DNA of 64,000 nucleotides from Escherichia coli (GTDB lineage Bacteria; Pseudomonadota; Gammaproteobacteria; Enterobacterales; Enterobacteriaceae): NCBI RefSeq assembly GCF_022846255.1, contig NZ_AP025682.1; one strand, 5' to 3'. Shown piece by piece: positions 22,577 to 35,341 of this stretch (position 1 is its first letter; each line of letters starts with the position of its first letter). The notes under the pieces were generated by a model. It saw only the letters and a program-made list of their open reading frames with translations, ran no database searches and was not told where the DNA came from. The position numbers and the translations under genes were made by a program.

Positions 22577-22923
22577 CACACACCCCACACCACAACGAAT
22601 CCATAAATCACGTAAACCACCAGTGCAACGACAATCACCAGTTGCAGCATCAGGCGCAAGGCCAGCGGTTTAACGTAGTCGGTCAACACCTGCCACATGC
22701 CGATCCAGGCATGGATCAAGATAGAAAACAGCGCCAGCAGGGTGAACACTTTGGTGAACGCAGAGGCGAAGAAACCAATCCAGACTTCATATGTCAGCTC
22801 GCCACTGGTAGCGAAAAAACCGACCATATAAATGATGTAGAGCGTCAGGACGATAGCGGTAGCACGAACGAGGATGAAATCATGTACGCCATTGCGTCCT
22901 AATGCGGAGGCGTTGCTTACCAT
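22576..22923 (-). CDS. sdhD: Succinate dehydrogenase membrane anchor subunit
   Basis: 115-aa hydrophobic ORF. Confidence 0.95.
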
Positions 22924-23306
22924 ACGAGGACTCCTGCGAGAAGTGAAAGCACGACAGTAATAACAAAGGAGATTTTGGCGGAGCGTTTACCCGCTTCGAA
23001 TGTTTCTTCCAGATAGCCAAAATCCATCATCATGTGGCGAATACCTACGACGACGTGATATGCCAGAGCGGTAAGGATGCCCCACATGATAAATTTGACG
23101 AAGAAGCTGCCCATAATCGCGGAAGCTTGCTCGAAACCTTCAGGGGAAGAGAGGCTGGTACCCAGAAGCCACAGCAGGATGCCCACTGCAACAAAGGTGA
23201 TCACACCGGAAACGCGATGGAGAATGGACGCTATCGCCGTGACGGGGAACCGGATGGTCTGTAGGTCCAGATTAACAGGTCTTTGTTTTTTCACATTTCT
23301 TATCAT
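22917..23306 (-). CDS. sdhC: Succinate dehydrogenase cytochrome b556 subunit
   Basis: Start trimmed to [15 protein letters not shown] (129 aa). Confidence 0.9.
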
Positions 23307-24014
23307 GAATAACGCCCACATGCTGTTCTTATTATTCCCTGGGGACTACGGGCACAGAGGTTAACTTTCTGTTACCAGGAGACGTCGGGATTTCCTTCCT
23401 CCGGTCTGCTTGCGGGTCAGACAGCGTCCTTTCTATAACTGCGCGTCATGCAAAACACTGCTTCCAGATGCGAAAACGACACGTTACAACGCTGGGTGGC
23501 TCGGGATTGCAGGGTGTTCCGGAGACCTGGCGGCAGTATAGGCCGTTCACAAAATCATTACAATTAACCTACATATAGTTTGTCGGGTTTTATCCCGAAC
23601 AGTGATCCGCGTCACGATAACAACATTTATTTAATTTTTAATCATCTAATTTGACAATCATTCAACAAAGTTGTTACAAACATTACCAGGAAAAGCATAT
23701 AATGCGTAAAAGTTATGAAGTCGGTATTTCACCTAAGATTAACTTATGTAACAGTGTGGAAGTATTGACCAATTCATTCGGGACAGTTATTAGTGGTAGA
23801 CAAGTTTAATAATTCGGATTGCTAAGTACTTGATTCGCCATTTATTCGTCATCAATAGATCCTTTACCTGCAAGCGCCCAGAGCTCTGTACCCAGGTTTT
23901 CCCCTCTTTCACAGAGCGGCGAGCCAAATAACAAACGGGTAAAGCCAGGTTGATGTGCGAAGGCAAATTTAAGTTCCGGCAGTCTTACGCAATAAGGCGC
24001 TAAGGAGACCTTAA
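23307..24014. promoter_or_regulatory. Divergent sdhC / gltA promoter region
   Basis: 708-bp AT-rich spacer between divergently oriented sdhC and gltA. Confidence 0.5.
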
Positions 24015-25298
24015 ATGGCTGATACAAAAGCAAAACTCACCCTCAACGGGGACACAGCTGTTGAACTGGATGTGCTGAAAGGCACGCTGGGTCAAGATGT
24101 TATTGATATCCGTACTCTCGGTTCAAAAGGTGTGTTCACCTTTGACCCAGGCTTCACTTCAACCGCATCCTGCGAATCTAAAATTACTTTTATTGATGGT
24201 GATGAAGGTATTTTGCTGCACCGCGGTTTCCCGATCGATCAGCTGGCGACCGATTCTAACTACCTGGAAGTTTGTTACATCCTGCTGAATGGTGAAAAAC
24301 CGACTCAGGAACAGTATGACGAATTTAAAACTACGGTGACCCGCCATACTATGATCCACGAGCAGATTACCCGTCTGTTCCATGCTTTCCGTCGCGACTC
24401 GCATCCAATGGCAGTCATGTGTGGTATTACCGGCGCGCTGGCAGCGTTCTATCACGACTCGCTGGATGTTAACAATCCTCGTCATCGTGAAATTGCCGCG
24501 TTCCGCCTGCTGTCAAAAATGCCGACCATGGCCGCGATGTGTTACAAGTATTCCATTGGTCAGCCATTTGTTTACCCGCGCAACGATCTCTCCTACGCCG
24601 GTAACTTCCTGAATATGATGTTCTCCACGCCGTGCGAACCGTATGAAGTTAATCCGATTCTGGAACGTGCTATGGACCGTATTCTGATCCTGCACGCTGA
24701 CCATGAACAGAACGCCTCCACCTCCACCGTGCGTACCGCTGGCTCTTCGGGTGCGAACCCGTTTGCCTGTATCGCAGCAGGTATTGCTTCACTGTGGGGA
24801 CCTGCGCACGGTGGTGCTAACGAAGCGGCGCTGAAAATGCTGGAAGAAATCAGCTCCGTTAAACACATTCCGGAATTTGTTCGTCGTGCGAAAGACAAAA
24901 ATGATTCTTTCCGCCTGATGGGCTTCGGTCATCGCGTGTACAAAAACTACGACCCGCGCGCCACCGTAATGCGTGAAACCTGCCATGAAGTGCTGAAAGA
25001 GCTGGGCACCAAAGATGACCTGCTGGAAGTGGCTATGGAGCTGGAAAACATCGCGCTGAACGACCCGTACTTTATCGAGAAAAAACTGTACCCGAACGTC
25101 GATTTCTACTCTGGTATCATCCTGAAAGCGATGGGTATTCCGTCTTCTATGTTCACCGTGATCTTCGCTATGGCACGTACGGTTGGCTGGATCGCCCACT
25201 GGAGCGAAATGCACAGTGACGGTATGAAGATTGCCCGTCCGCGTCAGCTGTATACAGGATATGAAAAACGCGACTTTAAAAGCGATATCAAGCGTTAA
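24015..25298 (+). CDS. gltA: Citrate synthase
   Basis: 427-aa [36 protein letters not shown]. Confidence 0.95.
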   Translation: MADTKAKLTLNGDTAVELDVLKGTLGQDVIDIRTLGSKGVFTFDPGFTSTASCESKITFIDGDEGILLHRGFPIDQLATDSNYLEVCYILLNGEKPTQEQYDEFKTTVTRHTMIHEQITRLFHAFRRDSHPMAVMCGITGALAAFYHDSLDVNNPRHREIAAFRLLSKMPTMAAMCYKYSIGQPFVYPRNDLSYAGNFLNMMFSTPCEPYEVNPILERAMDRILILHADHEQNASTSTVRTAGSSGANPFACIAAGIASLWGPAHGGANEAALKMLEEISSVKHIPEFVRRAKDKNDSFRLMGFGHRVYKNYDPRATVMRETCHEVLKELGTKDDLLEVAMELENIALNDPYFIEKKLYPNVDFYSGIILKAMGIPSSMFTVIFAMARTVGWIAHWSEMHSDGMKIARPRQLYTGYEKRDFKSDIKR

Positions 25299-25326
25299 TG
25301 GTTGATTGCTAAGCCGTTCACTTTCC

Positions 25327-25358
25327 GGACCCGCCTTTAATAGAGCGGGTTCTTTTTA
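25327..25358 (+). terminator. Rho-independent terminator of gltA
   Basis: acccgc...gcgggt hairpin followed by tcttttt. Confidence 0.6.
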
Positions 25359-25445
25359 TATGGCTGAACATAAAAAATTGTAAAAATTAAACCAGATGCA
25401 AATACCCATTAATAATGGTGAAAAAATATTTCACCGGAAACACTG

Positions 25446-25688
25446 GTGATTGATTTGGGTAAATTTAACTTACTGGATATTCGCCGCCACACAATGTCGA
25501 AAACATTCAGTATCAAGACAACAAAATCGCAAAATGACCAGTGTACCGACGGATTTAAGGTCAGCTCCTCGTTTTATACCGAAAAAACGTTGGTTGAAGA
25601 AGATAAAGCATTGTTGATTGGTAATGGTCTGAAGCTACGTATACTGGATGAAAACGCCTCGCCTTATACATTCAATAAATATGCTTAA
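25446..25688 (+). CDS. Orphan small ORF (80 aa) in gltA-abrB spacer; may be a gene remnant
   Basis: ORF-track entry only; no obvious ribosome-binding site; no family recognised. Confidence 0.2.
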   Translation: MIDLGKFNLLDIRRHTMSKTFSIKTTKSQNDQCTDGFKVSSSFYTEKTLVEEDKALLIGNGLKLRILDENASPYTFNKYA

Positions 25689-25971
25689 TACGCCGATTTC
25701 ACCAGTGATATGCTGATCTACGAAAAAACCTATACGGCTGAATTATCGTCCACACCTGGCACTCCCATCGCGGTGGGTCCCTTCGATACAGTGGTACTTT
25801 TTAAGATTAACTATAACTGATTTAACACGACGCCCTTTTCAGCCGGAAAGGGCAACGTATTCAGATTATTGCTGATTTTCCCCTTTTCCTTGATTACCGT
25901 TATTTTTTCCAGACCCAGCTTTCTTTATGCTGTATCGATACACCAAAGATAAAATAATGAGGAAGCGAAGA

Positions 25972-27018
25972 ATGCCTGTATTGCAGTGGGGAATGTTATG
26001 TGTTCTGTCACTTCTCCTTTCTATTGGCTTCCTCGCTTTACATCTCCCGGCGGCACTCCTGCTTGGCCCGATGATCGCGGGGATCATCTTCAGTATGCGC
26101 GGAGTCACTCTGCAACTTCCCCGCTCCGCTTTTCTCGCTGCCCAAGCCATTCTTGGCTGCATGATTGCACAAAACCTCACTGGTTCGATTCTCACCACGC
26201 TGGCCGTCAACTGGCCGATCGTGCTTGCGATTTTACTGGTGACGCTGCTTTCCAGCGCCATCGTGGGTTGGTTATTGGTGCGCTATAGCTCACTGCCTGG
26301 AAATACCGGGGCCTGGGGTTCTTCTCCTGGCGGCGCGGCGGCAATGGTCGCAATGGCGCAAGATTACGGCGCAGATATTCGCCTGGTGGCGTTTATGCAA
26401 TATCTGCGAGTGCTGTTCGTCGCAGGAGCCGCTGTTCTGGTCACCCGCATGATGCTGGGCGATAACGCTGAAGCGGTTAACCAGCAGATCGTCTGGTTCC
26501 CGCCAGTGAGCATTAATCTCCTGCTTACGATTTTGCTCGCGGTCGTTGCCGGTACGGCGGGATGCTTGCTACGTCTTCCTTCCGGCACGATGCTCATCCC
26601 GATGCTGGCGGGCGCAGTGCTCCAGTCAGGTCAGCTCATCACGATTGAACTCCCGGAATGGCTGCTGGCGATGGCATATATGGCAATTGGCTGGCGGATT
26701 GGTCTTGGTTTCGATAAACAAATATTACTGCGGGCATTGCGCCCGCTACCGCAAATCCTTCTGTCTATTTTTGCTCTGCTGGCTATTTGTGCGGGTATGG
26801 CGTGGGGACTGACCCGATTTATGCACATTGATTTTATGACTGCCTACCTCGCCACCAGCCCCGGCGGGCTTGATACCGTGGCGGTCATCGCCGCAGGGAG
26901 CAATGCCGATATGGCGCTCATCATGGCGATGCAAACCCTGCGCCTGTTCAGTATTTTGCTGACGGGGCCTGCCATCGCACGGTTTATTTCAACCTATGCT
27001 CCGAAGCGTTCGGCCTAG
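25972..27018 (+). CDS. abrB: AbrB-family membrane protein (YbgN)
   Basis: Start trimmed to [23 protein letters not shown]; polytopic membrane protein, 348 aa. Confidence 0.85.
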   Translation: MPVLQWGMLCVLSLLLSIGFLALHLPAALLLGPMIAGIIFSMRGVTLQLPRSAFLAAQAILGCMIAQNLTGSILTTLAVNWPIVLAILLVTLLSSAIVGWLLVRYSSLPGNTGAWGSSPGGAAAMVAMAQDYGADIRLVAFMQYLRVLFVAGAAVLVTRMMLGDNAEAVNQQIVWFPPVSINLLLTILLAVVAGTAGCLLRLPSGTMLIPMLAGAVLQSGQLITIELPEWLLAMAYMAIGWRIGLGFDKQILLRALRPLPQILLSIFALLAICAGMAWGLTRFMHIDFMTAYLATSPGGLDTVAVIAAGSNADMALIMAMQTLRLFSILLTGPAIARFISTYAPKRSA

Positions 27019-27806
27019 TGCTGGCAGCCTGGGCACCAGTAAAACGGGCGCGATGACAGCGTGGTTTTCTCAATGATGCCGCCACAGCGTTCGCAAGGTT
27101 CGCCATCACGATGAAAAACCTTAAAGCGAAACAGCGCCCCATGATATTTGTTTTCATCCACCTGGCCCCGCGTAGCGTAGGAAAATCGAGGAATATCCAG
27201 TAACGCGTGTGCGAATGCATCCAGTTGCGCCGCATTGAGATCTTTCGCTTTATGATTTCCAGTCAACCCAACCTGCCAGAGGATCTCCACCCGCAAATAA
27301 TTGCCAAGCCCAGCCAGAAACGCCTGATCGAGCAGTAATCCAGCAAACTGACGGTTACGAAAGCGCGGCGACAATAACCGTTCCTTTACCACCTCCGGCG
27401 TCAGTTTCGGATCCAGCACATCGGGGCCAACGCGTTGTAAAAACGGATGCGTGGTCAGTTGTTCCGGGGTCAACATCTCAATATCCGAGGCGCTATAAAG
27501 CAGAATGGTTTTGTCAACCGTTTGCAGTTTTACCCGCAATACTCGCGTAGTCTGCGGCTCTTCGCCGGTATCAACCACGCGCCAGACGCCGTAAAGCTGA
27601 TTATGGCTGTAGAGCGTTAAGTCGTTGGAAAAATGAGTTAACAACGCCTTACCACGCGTTTCCACATGGGTAACGTGTTGACCGATAAGTTGTGATTGAT
27701 AAGGTTTTAACTGCGGGAAGGCAAACCAGACATCAGTTAGTGGTTTGCCTTTGATCGCCGCCTCCAGGTTATCCGCTGCACGGCGGATCTCCGGGCCTTC
27801 AGGCAT
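27015..27806 (-). CDS. nei: Endonuclease VIII (DNA glycosylase/AP lyase)
   Basis: 263-aa [25 protein letters not shown]-terminal zinc finger CxxC...CxxC. Confidence 0.95.
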   Translation of the reverse strand: MPEGPEIRRAADNLEAAIKGKPLTDVWFAFPQLKPYQSQLIGQHVTHVETRGKALLTHFSNDLTLYSHNQLYGVWRVVDTGEEPQTTRVLRVKLQTVDKTILLYSASDIEMLTPEQLTTHPFLQRVGPDVLDPKLTPEVVKERLLSPRFRNRQFAGLLLDQAFLAGLGNYLRVEILWQVGLTGNHKAKDLNAAQLDAFAHALLDIPRFSYATRGQVDENKYHGALFRFKVFHRDGEPCERCGGIIEKTTLSSRPFYWCPGCQH

Positions 27807-27841
27807 GGTGATATCCTTTTTTCATTCTTTATTAAACGGGG

Positions 27842-28576
27842 TTATGCTGCGACAACAATCCCCTTTTCGGCAAATGTAGAGCGTAGTCGGCGGGCGAATG
27901 CCAGTGCGTGCTCTCCATCGCCATGCAGGCAGACCGTTTGCGCCGTGACCGTTGCCCATTCGCCGGTGATACTTTTGACTCTGCCGTGTTGCACCATCTC
28001 CAGCGTTTGCGCCAGCGCCTGTTCTTCGTTTTCAATCAACGCGCCTGACTGGCTTCGCGGCACCAGCGAACCGTCTGCCTGATAACCGCGATCGGCAAAC
28101 ACTTCCTCGCGCGTTGTCAGGCCATATTGCTTGCCTGCACGAATCAGCTCGCTTCCTGCCAGCCCGACGAGAATCAATGCCGGATCGCAAGCGTATACCG
28201 CTCTGGCGATGGCGTCTGCCAGTTGTGCCTCTTTCACTGCCTGGTTGTATAACATGCCGTGAGGTTTGACATGACGCATAACACCGCCTTGCGCACGGGC
28301 AATCGTTGCCAGCGCGCCAATTTGATACAGCGTCTGGGCGTAAATGGTTTCTGGCGGCAGCTGCATGACGCTGCGCCCAAAATTTTCCCTGTCGGGAAAA
28401 CTCGGGTGAGCGCCAATCGCAACACCATTTTTTATTGCTTCACGCACGCAAGCCTGCATGGTTTGCGCATCGCCTGCATGAAATCCACAGGCAATATTGG
28501 CAGAGGAAACCAGCGTTAATAGCTCTGCGTCGCTGGCATAGCCTTCGCCCAGATCGGCGTTCAGGTCAATTTTCAT
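27842..28576 (-). CDS. pxpA: 5-oxoprolinase subunit A (LamB/YcsF family, YbgL)
   Basis: 244-aa [15 protein letters not shown]. Confidence 0.9.
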   Translation of the reverse strand: MKIDLNADLGEGYASDAELLTLVSSANIACGFHAGDAQTMQACVREAIKNGVAIGAHPSFPDRENFGRSVMQLPPETIYAQTLYQIGALATIARAQGGVMRHVKPHGMLYNQAVKEAQLADAIARAVYACDPALILVGLAGSELIRAGKQYGLTTREEVFADRGYQADGSLVPRSQSGALIENEEQALAQTLEMVQHGRVKSITGEWATVTAQTVCLHGDGEHALAFARRLRSTFAEKGIVVAA

Positions 28577-29498
28577 TGTGCAGCCGCCACGCTAATTGTT
28601 CGAAATAACGTTGCTGATCTTGCCGTGCTTTCAGTGCTTCTTCCAGTGAACACTGGACAAAATGAATCGGCTGACCGAGCGGAATTTGCGCCAGATGGTA
28701 CATATCAGCCTCAATGATACAGGCAATACGCGGATAACCACCGGTGGTTTGCGCATCGTTCATCAACACAATCGGCTGGCCGTTATGCGGCACTTGCACC
28801 ACACCCGGTAACAAACCGTGAGATAACAGTTCGCGATCGGTGGTGCGTTTTAAAATTTGCCCCTGTAAGCGATAGCCCATGCGGTTACTTTGCGAGCTAA
28901 GCTGCCAGGGCGAACGCCAGAATGCATCCTGCGAGGCGCGATCGAACTCATGATATTCCGGCCCTGGCAAGGCGCGAATGCGGTTGCCCCACAGCAGCTG
29001 TTTAACGCCCTGCGCTTCCATAAAATCACGCTTCGCTTTGCCAATCGGGAGTCGGTCACCATCCCTCAGTAAACGGCCTTCCAACCCGCCAATCCCCACT
29101 TTGAGATCGGTGCTGCATGATCCCATTACCGGCGGAACATCAATACCACCCGCGACCGCCAGATAACTGCGCATCCCGTGCTGCGGGCGTTTAAGCGTTA
29201 AACGCTGGCCTGCTCTCATTGGCAATCGCCAGCCGGTCCAGACGGCGTTATCATCCAGCCGCGCTTCGCAACCGGCACCCGTCAGGGCAAACCACCCATC
29301 AGTTTCGAACTCAACCGTTAACTGACCGAGCGTGATCTCCAGCGCGGGGGCGTTGGCGTCATTACCCACCAGCAGGTTAGCAATGCGCAGCGCAGGCATA
29401 TCCAGTGCGCCGCAGTGGCTGATACCCGACTGGCGAAAACCGTGACGACCGCCATCCTGCACAGTGGTATACATGCCCGCACGAATAATCTTCAGCAT
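28566..29498 (-). CDS. pxpC: 5-oxoprolinase subunit C (YbgK)
   Basis: 310-aa ORF in operon position. Confidence 0.9.
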   Translation of the reverse strand: MLKIIRAGMYTTVQDGGRHGFRQSGISHCGALDMPALRIANLLVGNDANAPALEITLGQLTVEFETDGWFALTGAGCEARLDDNAVWTGWRLPMRAGQRLTLKRPQHGMRSYLAVAGGIDVPPVMGSCSTDLKVGIGGLEGRLLRDGDRLPIGKAKRDFMEAQGVKQLLWGNRIRALPGPEYHEFDRASQDAFWRSPWQLSSQSNRMGYRLQGQILKRTTDRELLSHGLLPGVVQVPHNGQPIVLMNDAQTTGGYPRIACIIEADMYHLAQIPLGQPIHFVQCSLEEALKARQDQQRYFEQLAWRLHNEN

Positions 29499-30148
29499 AC
29501 TCCCTCCTTCTGCGGTACAAAGCGCACGCTGTCTCCCGGACGTAATAAGATGGGTTCGTCATGCGCCGGATCAAACAGGCTGAGTGAGGTATGACCAATC
29601 AACTGCCAGCCACCCGGCGTTGCCAGCGGATAAATACCGGTCTGCGGCCCGCCGATCCCGACAGAACCTGCCGGAACGTGCAAGCGCGGTTCAGCGCGCC
29701 GTGGCGTGTGTAGTTGTTCCGGCAAACTCCCGAGATACGGGAAGCCCGGTTGAAAACCTAAAAACCAGACCACGTATTCCACGGAGGAGTGCAATTCAAC
29801 AACCTGTTTTTCGCTCAATCCACAATGCGCCGCGACCACCGCCAAATCCGGTCCGGCTGCGCCACTGTAAACCACCGGAATTTCAATAAAGCGAGACTCC
29901 GGCTCCAGCGCCTCACTCTCCTCCCACCAGCGTTGCAAACGCTCTATGGCATCCAGCGCCAGCGACTCAGGATTACGCAAAATCACTGTGATATTGTTCA
30001 TGCCAGGAATGGCTTCAACCACATTCGGCATATCCACCAGACGCTGCGCCAGTCGCCAGATCCGTTTCTGGCTAGCCAGCGTCACCGGCGGTTCCAGCTC
30101 CAGCACTACCGCCGTTTCACCTATCAGATAACAACGCGCTCGTTGCAC
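29492..30148 (-). CDS. pxpB: 5-oxoprolinase subunit B (YbgJ)
   Basis: 218-aa ORF in operon position. Confidence 0.9.
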   Translation of the reverse strand: MQRARCYLIGETAVVLELEPPVTLASQKRIWRLAQRLVDMPNVVEAIPGMNNITVILRNPESLALDAIERLQRWWEESEALEPESRFIEIPVVYSGAAGPDLAVVAAHCGLSEKQVVELHSSVEYVVWFLGFQPGFPYLGSLPEQLHTPRRAEPRLHVPAGSVGIGGPQTGIYPLATPGGWQLIGHTSLSLFDPAHDEPILLRPGDSVRFVPQKEGVC

Positions 30149-30170
30149 TTTCGATCCCTCTGATTATTCG

Positions 30171-30914
30171 TTATGCAGGATTAGGAATATCAATAAAGGT
30201 CACATCAAGATCGGTATTTTCATTCAGCCACTCGCTCAACGCGCGAATACCACCGCGTTCAGTGGCATGGTGACCCGCAGCATAAAAATGCAATCCCTGC
30301 TCGCGGGCTGAATGAATGGTCTGTTCAGAAACTTCGCCAGTAATAAAAGCATCCACGCCAAAACGCGCGGCGCTATCGATAAAACTTTGCCCGCCCCCCG
30401 TGCACCAGGCGACGCGCTGGACCACCTCAGGTCCGGTATCGCCACACCATAACGGCTTACGTCCCAGACGCGCTTCAATCCAGGAGGCCAGTTCCAGTCC
30501 CGGCACAGGCATGGTCAGTTCGCCCCACGGCACCAACGGCTCAATTTCGCCCATGACCGTGATCCCCAGTAACGCCGCCAGTTGTGCGTTATTACCCAGC
30601 TCCGGATGCGCGTCCAGGGGCAGATGCCAGCCATACAGGTTGATATCATTCGCCAGCAACGTTTTTAAACGGTTACGCTTCATTCCGCGAATGACCGGAG
30701 ATTCACCTTTCCAGAAGTAGCCATGATGCACAATGACCGCATCCGCGCCCAGACGCACTGCCTCATCGAGCAAAGCCTGGCTGGCAGTGACACCGGTAAC
30801 AATTTTTTGCACCGTCTCTTTGCCTTCCACCTGCAAACCATTCGGCGCGTAATCACTAATCGCCGCGCTGTTCAGTTTTTCGTTAATCAGTTGTTCCAGT
30901 TCGGTGTTTTTCAT
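30171..30914 (-). CDS. ybgI: Nif3-family metal-binding protein YbgI
   Basis: 247-aa ORF. Confidence 0.9.
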   Translation of the reverse strand: MKNTELEQLINEKLNSAAISDYAPNGLQVEGKETVQKIVTGVTASQALLDEAVRLGADAVIVHHGYFWKGESPVIRGMKRNRLKTLLANDINLYGWHLPLDAHPELGNNAQLAALLGITVMGEIEPLVPWGELTMPVPGLELASWIEARLGRKPLWCGDTGPEVVQRVAWCTGGGQSFIDSAARFGVDAFITGEVSEQTIHSAREQGLHFYAAGHHATERGGIRALSEWLNENTDLDVTFIDIPNPA

Positions 30915-31001
30915 CTTCGCGCCTTCCGTATTCTGATAGCTACACCGTTAACATAGCGTTACCTCGCCTGTTCGTCGATAGCCAATCTTTTGACATATTA
31001 A

Positions 31002-32666
<1,665 letters not shown>

Positions 32667-32707
32667 TAAGCCAGCACCATGCCTGATAAAACGCTCGCTG
32701 CGTTTTA

Positions 32708-34126
32708 TCAGGCTCCTTTCCTCGCTTCTTCGTACGCTGCCAGCGTTCGCAGCCTTGCCTCTTTGTGATCGACTATCGGTTGCGGATAATCCAACGTCAC
32801 ACCTGTTTTCTCTGCCCACTTCCACGGCTCATGCACCGCTTTCCCCGGTACATCGCGCAGCTCCGGTAGCCACTGGCGGATAAATTCGCCTTCGCGGTCA
32901 AATTTCTCGCCCTGAGTTGTCGGGTTGAAAATACGAAAATACGGCGCTGCATCAGTACCCGTAGAAGCGGCCCACTGCCAGCCACCGTTATTAGCTGCCA
33001 AATCACCATCAATCAGCTGCGACATGAAATATCGCTCGCCTTCGCGCCAGTCGATCAACAAATCTTTCACCAGAAAACTGGCTGTAATCATCCGTAGCCG
33101 GTTATGCATCCAGCCAGTGCTGTTAAGCTGACGCATGGCAGCATCGACAATCGGGTATCCCGTTTTGCCTTCCTGCCAGGCCTTTAAATGGGCGGGATTA
33201 CTTTGCCACTGTACACGATCCGTCCAGGCAATAAACGGACGATGTTTACACAGCGAAGGATAATACGTCATCAAATGGCGGTAGAACTCGCGCCATATCA
33301 GCTCATTAAGCCAGACGCTCCCCGGTCCGCCTTCCAGCACCTGCGGTTGTTCCGCCAACAGGCGATGTAAACACTGGCGAGGCGATAACCCGCCCGTTGC
33401 CAGGCTGGCGGACAAACGACTGGTGCCTTCCACTGCCGGAAAATCTCGTTGTTGCTCATACTCTCCGGCACCGTTCTGGCAAAACTGGCGTAATTGCGCA
33501 ATCGCCGCTTTTTCTTCCACCGGGAAATGCGCAGTATCGAAAGACTGACGAGGATAATTCAGCGTAATGGATGGCGCGGGCTCTATCGATCCGCTACTAC
33601 GAACTTTTGGTGCAGCAACGCACTCCGGCATCCCTTCCCGCAGCCGTTTCAACCATGCGTTTTTAAAAGGCGTAAAGACTTTGTACATCTCATGATTGCC
33701 AGTCATCACCGCCCCCGGCGGCAGGATCACGCTGTCATCAAATCCTTCACACACCACGTTACGCAGCGTCCTCTCAGCCTGCACATCCCGCGCCCGCTCA
33801 TTCACCTCATACTGATAGTTATAAAACAGATGGGTAATGCGATTTTCCGCGCACACCTGTTTAACTGTTTCGACACTGGCAGCAAAGTCATCCACTTCGC
33901 GGAACAATAAAGGAATGCCTTTTTCCGCCAGCGCGTTTTGCAGCGCATTAAGTTGTGTATTGATAAGTTCAGCCTGACGCGGCGACACATTATGCGCCGC
34001 CCACTGGCGTGGTGTAGCGATATACAACGCCAGCACGCGCGCAGACGAATTGCGGCAGGCGGCAGCCAGCGCGAGATTATCGTGCTGACGTAAATCCTGG
34101 CGAAACCAGACCAGATGGGTAGTCAT
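32708..34126 (-). CDS. phr: Deoxyribodipyrimidine photolyase
   Basis: 472-aa ORF, MTTHLVWFRQDLRQHDNLAL. Confidence 0.95.
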   Translation of the reverse strand: MTTHLVWFRQDLRQHDNLALAAACRNSSARVLALYIATPRQWAAHNVSPRQAELINTQLNALQNALAEKGIPLLFREVDDFAASVETVKQVCAENRITHLFYNYQYEVNERARDVQAERTLRNVVCEGFDDSVILPPGAVMTGNHEMYKVFTPFKNAWLKRLREGMPECVAAPKVRSSGSIEPAPSITLNYPRQSFDTAHFPVEEKAAIAQLRQFCQNGAGEYEQQRDFPAVEGTSRLSASLATGGLSPRQCLHRLLAEQPQVLEGGPGSVWLNELIWREFYRHLMTYYPSLCKHRPFIAWTDRVQWQSNPAHLKAWQEGKTGYPIVDAAMRQLNSTGWMHNRLRMITASFLVKDLLIDWREGERYFMSQLIDGDLAANNGGWQWAASTGTDAAPYFRIFNPTTQGEKFDREGEFIRQWLPELRDVPGKAVHEPWKWAEKTGVTLDYPQPIVDHKEARLRTLAAYEEARKGA

Positions 34127-34632
34127 AAAACTCCTGCATGGCGCAAGTTAATCACACGCGGCCAAAGTTCGAAATAACGCTGCCCTGAAAGCCAGGCGTC
34201 AGGATAAAGCGCCATATAGTGTTTGATACGCATCAGCGGCGCAAGAAGCGGTTGCTCGCCACGGCGATAACTGTCGATAAGCGCCGCCAGCTGCTGGCGT
34301 TCTGTGGAATCAATATGTGGGCGAAAATATCCCTGAGCGTGCATCAAAACGTTAGTATGATCACGCCGGTTGGCAGGGTGAGAAAGCAAAACAATTACGC
34401 GTTGGCGGTACTGGTTGTAATAGTCATCCAGACTTTGCCACCGGTGAATATCAGCCACAAACGGGCCAAGTTTGCGGTACTCCGGCTGAGAATGTGCCAG
34501 AAAGACGAGTTTATAGCGGCTGTGATAATCGAGAAGCGCCCCGCGCGTTAGTCCTCGATCTTTGAGATTGTGTAACTCATGCAAAGCAAAAATGCGGATA
34601 ATAGTGCTGTCATCAAAAAGTTGTTGATTCAT
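34123..34632 (-). CDS. ybgA: DUF1722 protein YbgA (co-transcribed with phr)
   Basis: 169-aa ORF overlapping phr start by 4 nt. Confidence 0.85.
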   Translation of the reverse strand: MNQQLFDDSTIIRIFALHELHNLKDRGLTRGALLDYHSRYKLVFLAHSQPEYRKLGPFVADIHRWQSLDDYYNQYRQRVIVLLSHPANRRDHTNVLMHAQGYFRPHIDSTERQQLAALIDSYRRGEQPLLAPLMRIKHYMALYPDAWLSGQRYFELWPRVINLRHAGVL

Positions 34633-34671
34633 TACTGCTCCTGAACGGTTTACAGGAGTAAGTGTAGACGC

Positions 34672-34715
34672 CGAAAAAAGAAAACCGCCAGCGTTTCCAC
34701 CGGCGGTTTTCTTTA
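34672..34715 (-). terminator. Rho-independent terminator after ybfA (bidirectional form)
   Basis: aaaaccgccagcgtttccaccggcggtttt hairpin flanked by A/T runs. Confidence 0.55.
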
Positions 34716-34732
34716 AACGTCATGTTTGGCAA

Positions 34733-34939
34733 TCAGTAAAAATCACCGGTTGCCTTTTCGGCCTGATCCATCCACACCGGTTTATCGCTGGTTTTCGACC
34801 AGACGCGGTGCAGGTAGCTATAAAAGCGGGCGCGGTCTTTCCAGAAAAGCATGAAAGGCAGCGCCAGAACGCCCGCTGCAACCGCACAAGTACGGCGTAA
34901 AAAGATAAGCCATGCAGGATATTCTTTGTAGAGTTCCAT
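34733..34939 (-). CDS. ybfA: Small membrane protein YbfA (DUF2517)
   Basis: 68-aa [19 protein letters not shown]. Confidence 0.8.
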   Translation of the reverse strand: MELYKEYPAWLIFLRRTCAVAAGVLALPFMLFWKDRARFYSYLHRVWSKTSDKPVWMDQAEKATGDFY

Positions 34940-35148
34940 ACTTTTCTCCCCCTTTTGTATCTACCCGGTGAATAGCACCGGAAAAATGAATTCGTTTATC
35001 TGATGAAAATAGTACCGCTGTTTGTGTAATTTTACTACTCATCCGACCACTTATTTTTGCTTATTGATGGTTTATTTACATTCACCGTGTAATTAAGTTA
35101 CATAAAAGTTAAATTAATACTAAACATTAGTTAAATCATGGCTTTTGC

Positions 35149-35178
35149 CATTTTTATACTTTTTTTACACCACGCCCG
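35149..35178 (+). promoter_or_regulatory. KdpE response-regulator binding site in kdp promoter
   Basis: catttttatactttttttacaccacgcccg upstream of kdpF matches the remembered T-rich KdpE operator of E. coli kdpFABC. Confidence 0.55.
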
Positions 35179-35251
35179 CAGATTTTTGCGAAATCTTTGC
35201 AGCCAGAACTCTACCCTTCCGGTATCACTTTTAGGCCACTGGAGGTGCACT

Positions 35252-35341
35252 GTGAGTGCAGGCGTGATAACCGGCGTGTTGCTGGTGTTTTTATTACTGG
35301 GTTATCTGGTTTATGCCCTGATCAATGCGGAGGCGTTCTGA
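35252..35341 (+). CDS. kdpF: K+-transporting ATPase small subunit KdpF (29 aa, GTG start)
   Basis: Hand translation from GTG: (M)[28 protein letters not shown]; stop overlaps kdpA ATG. Confidence 0.85.

Noticed and set aside
20909-22606. 565-codon plus-strand ORF
   Set aside because: Antisense to sdhA; same reasoning.
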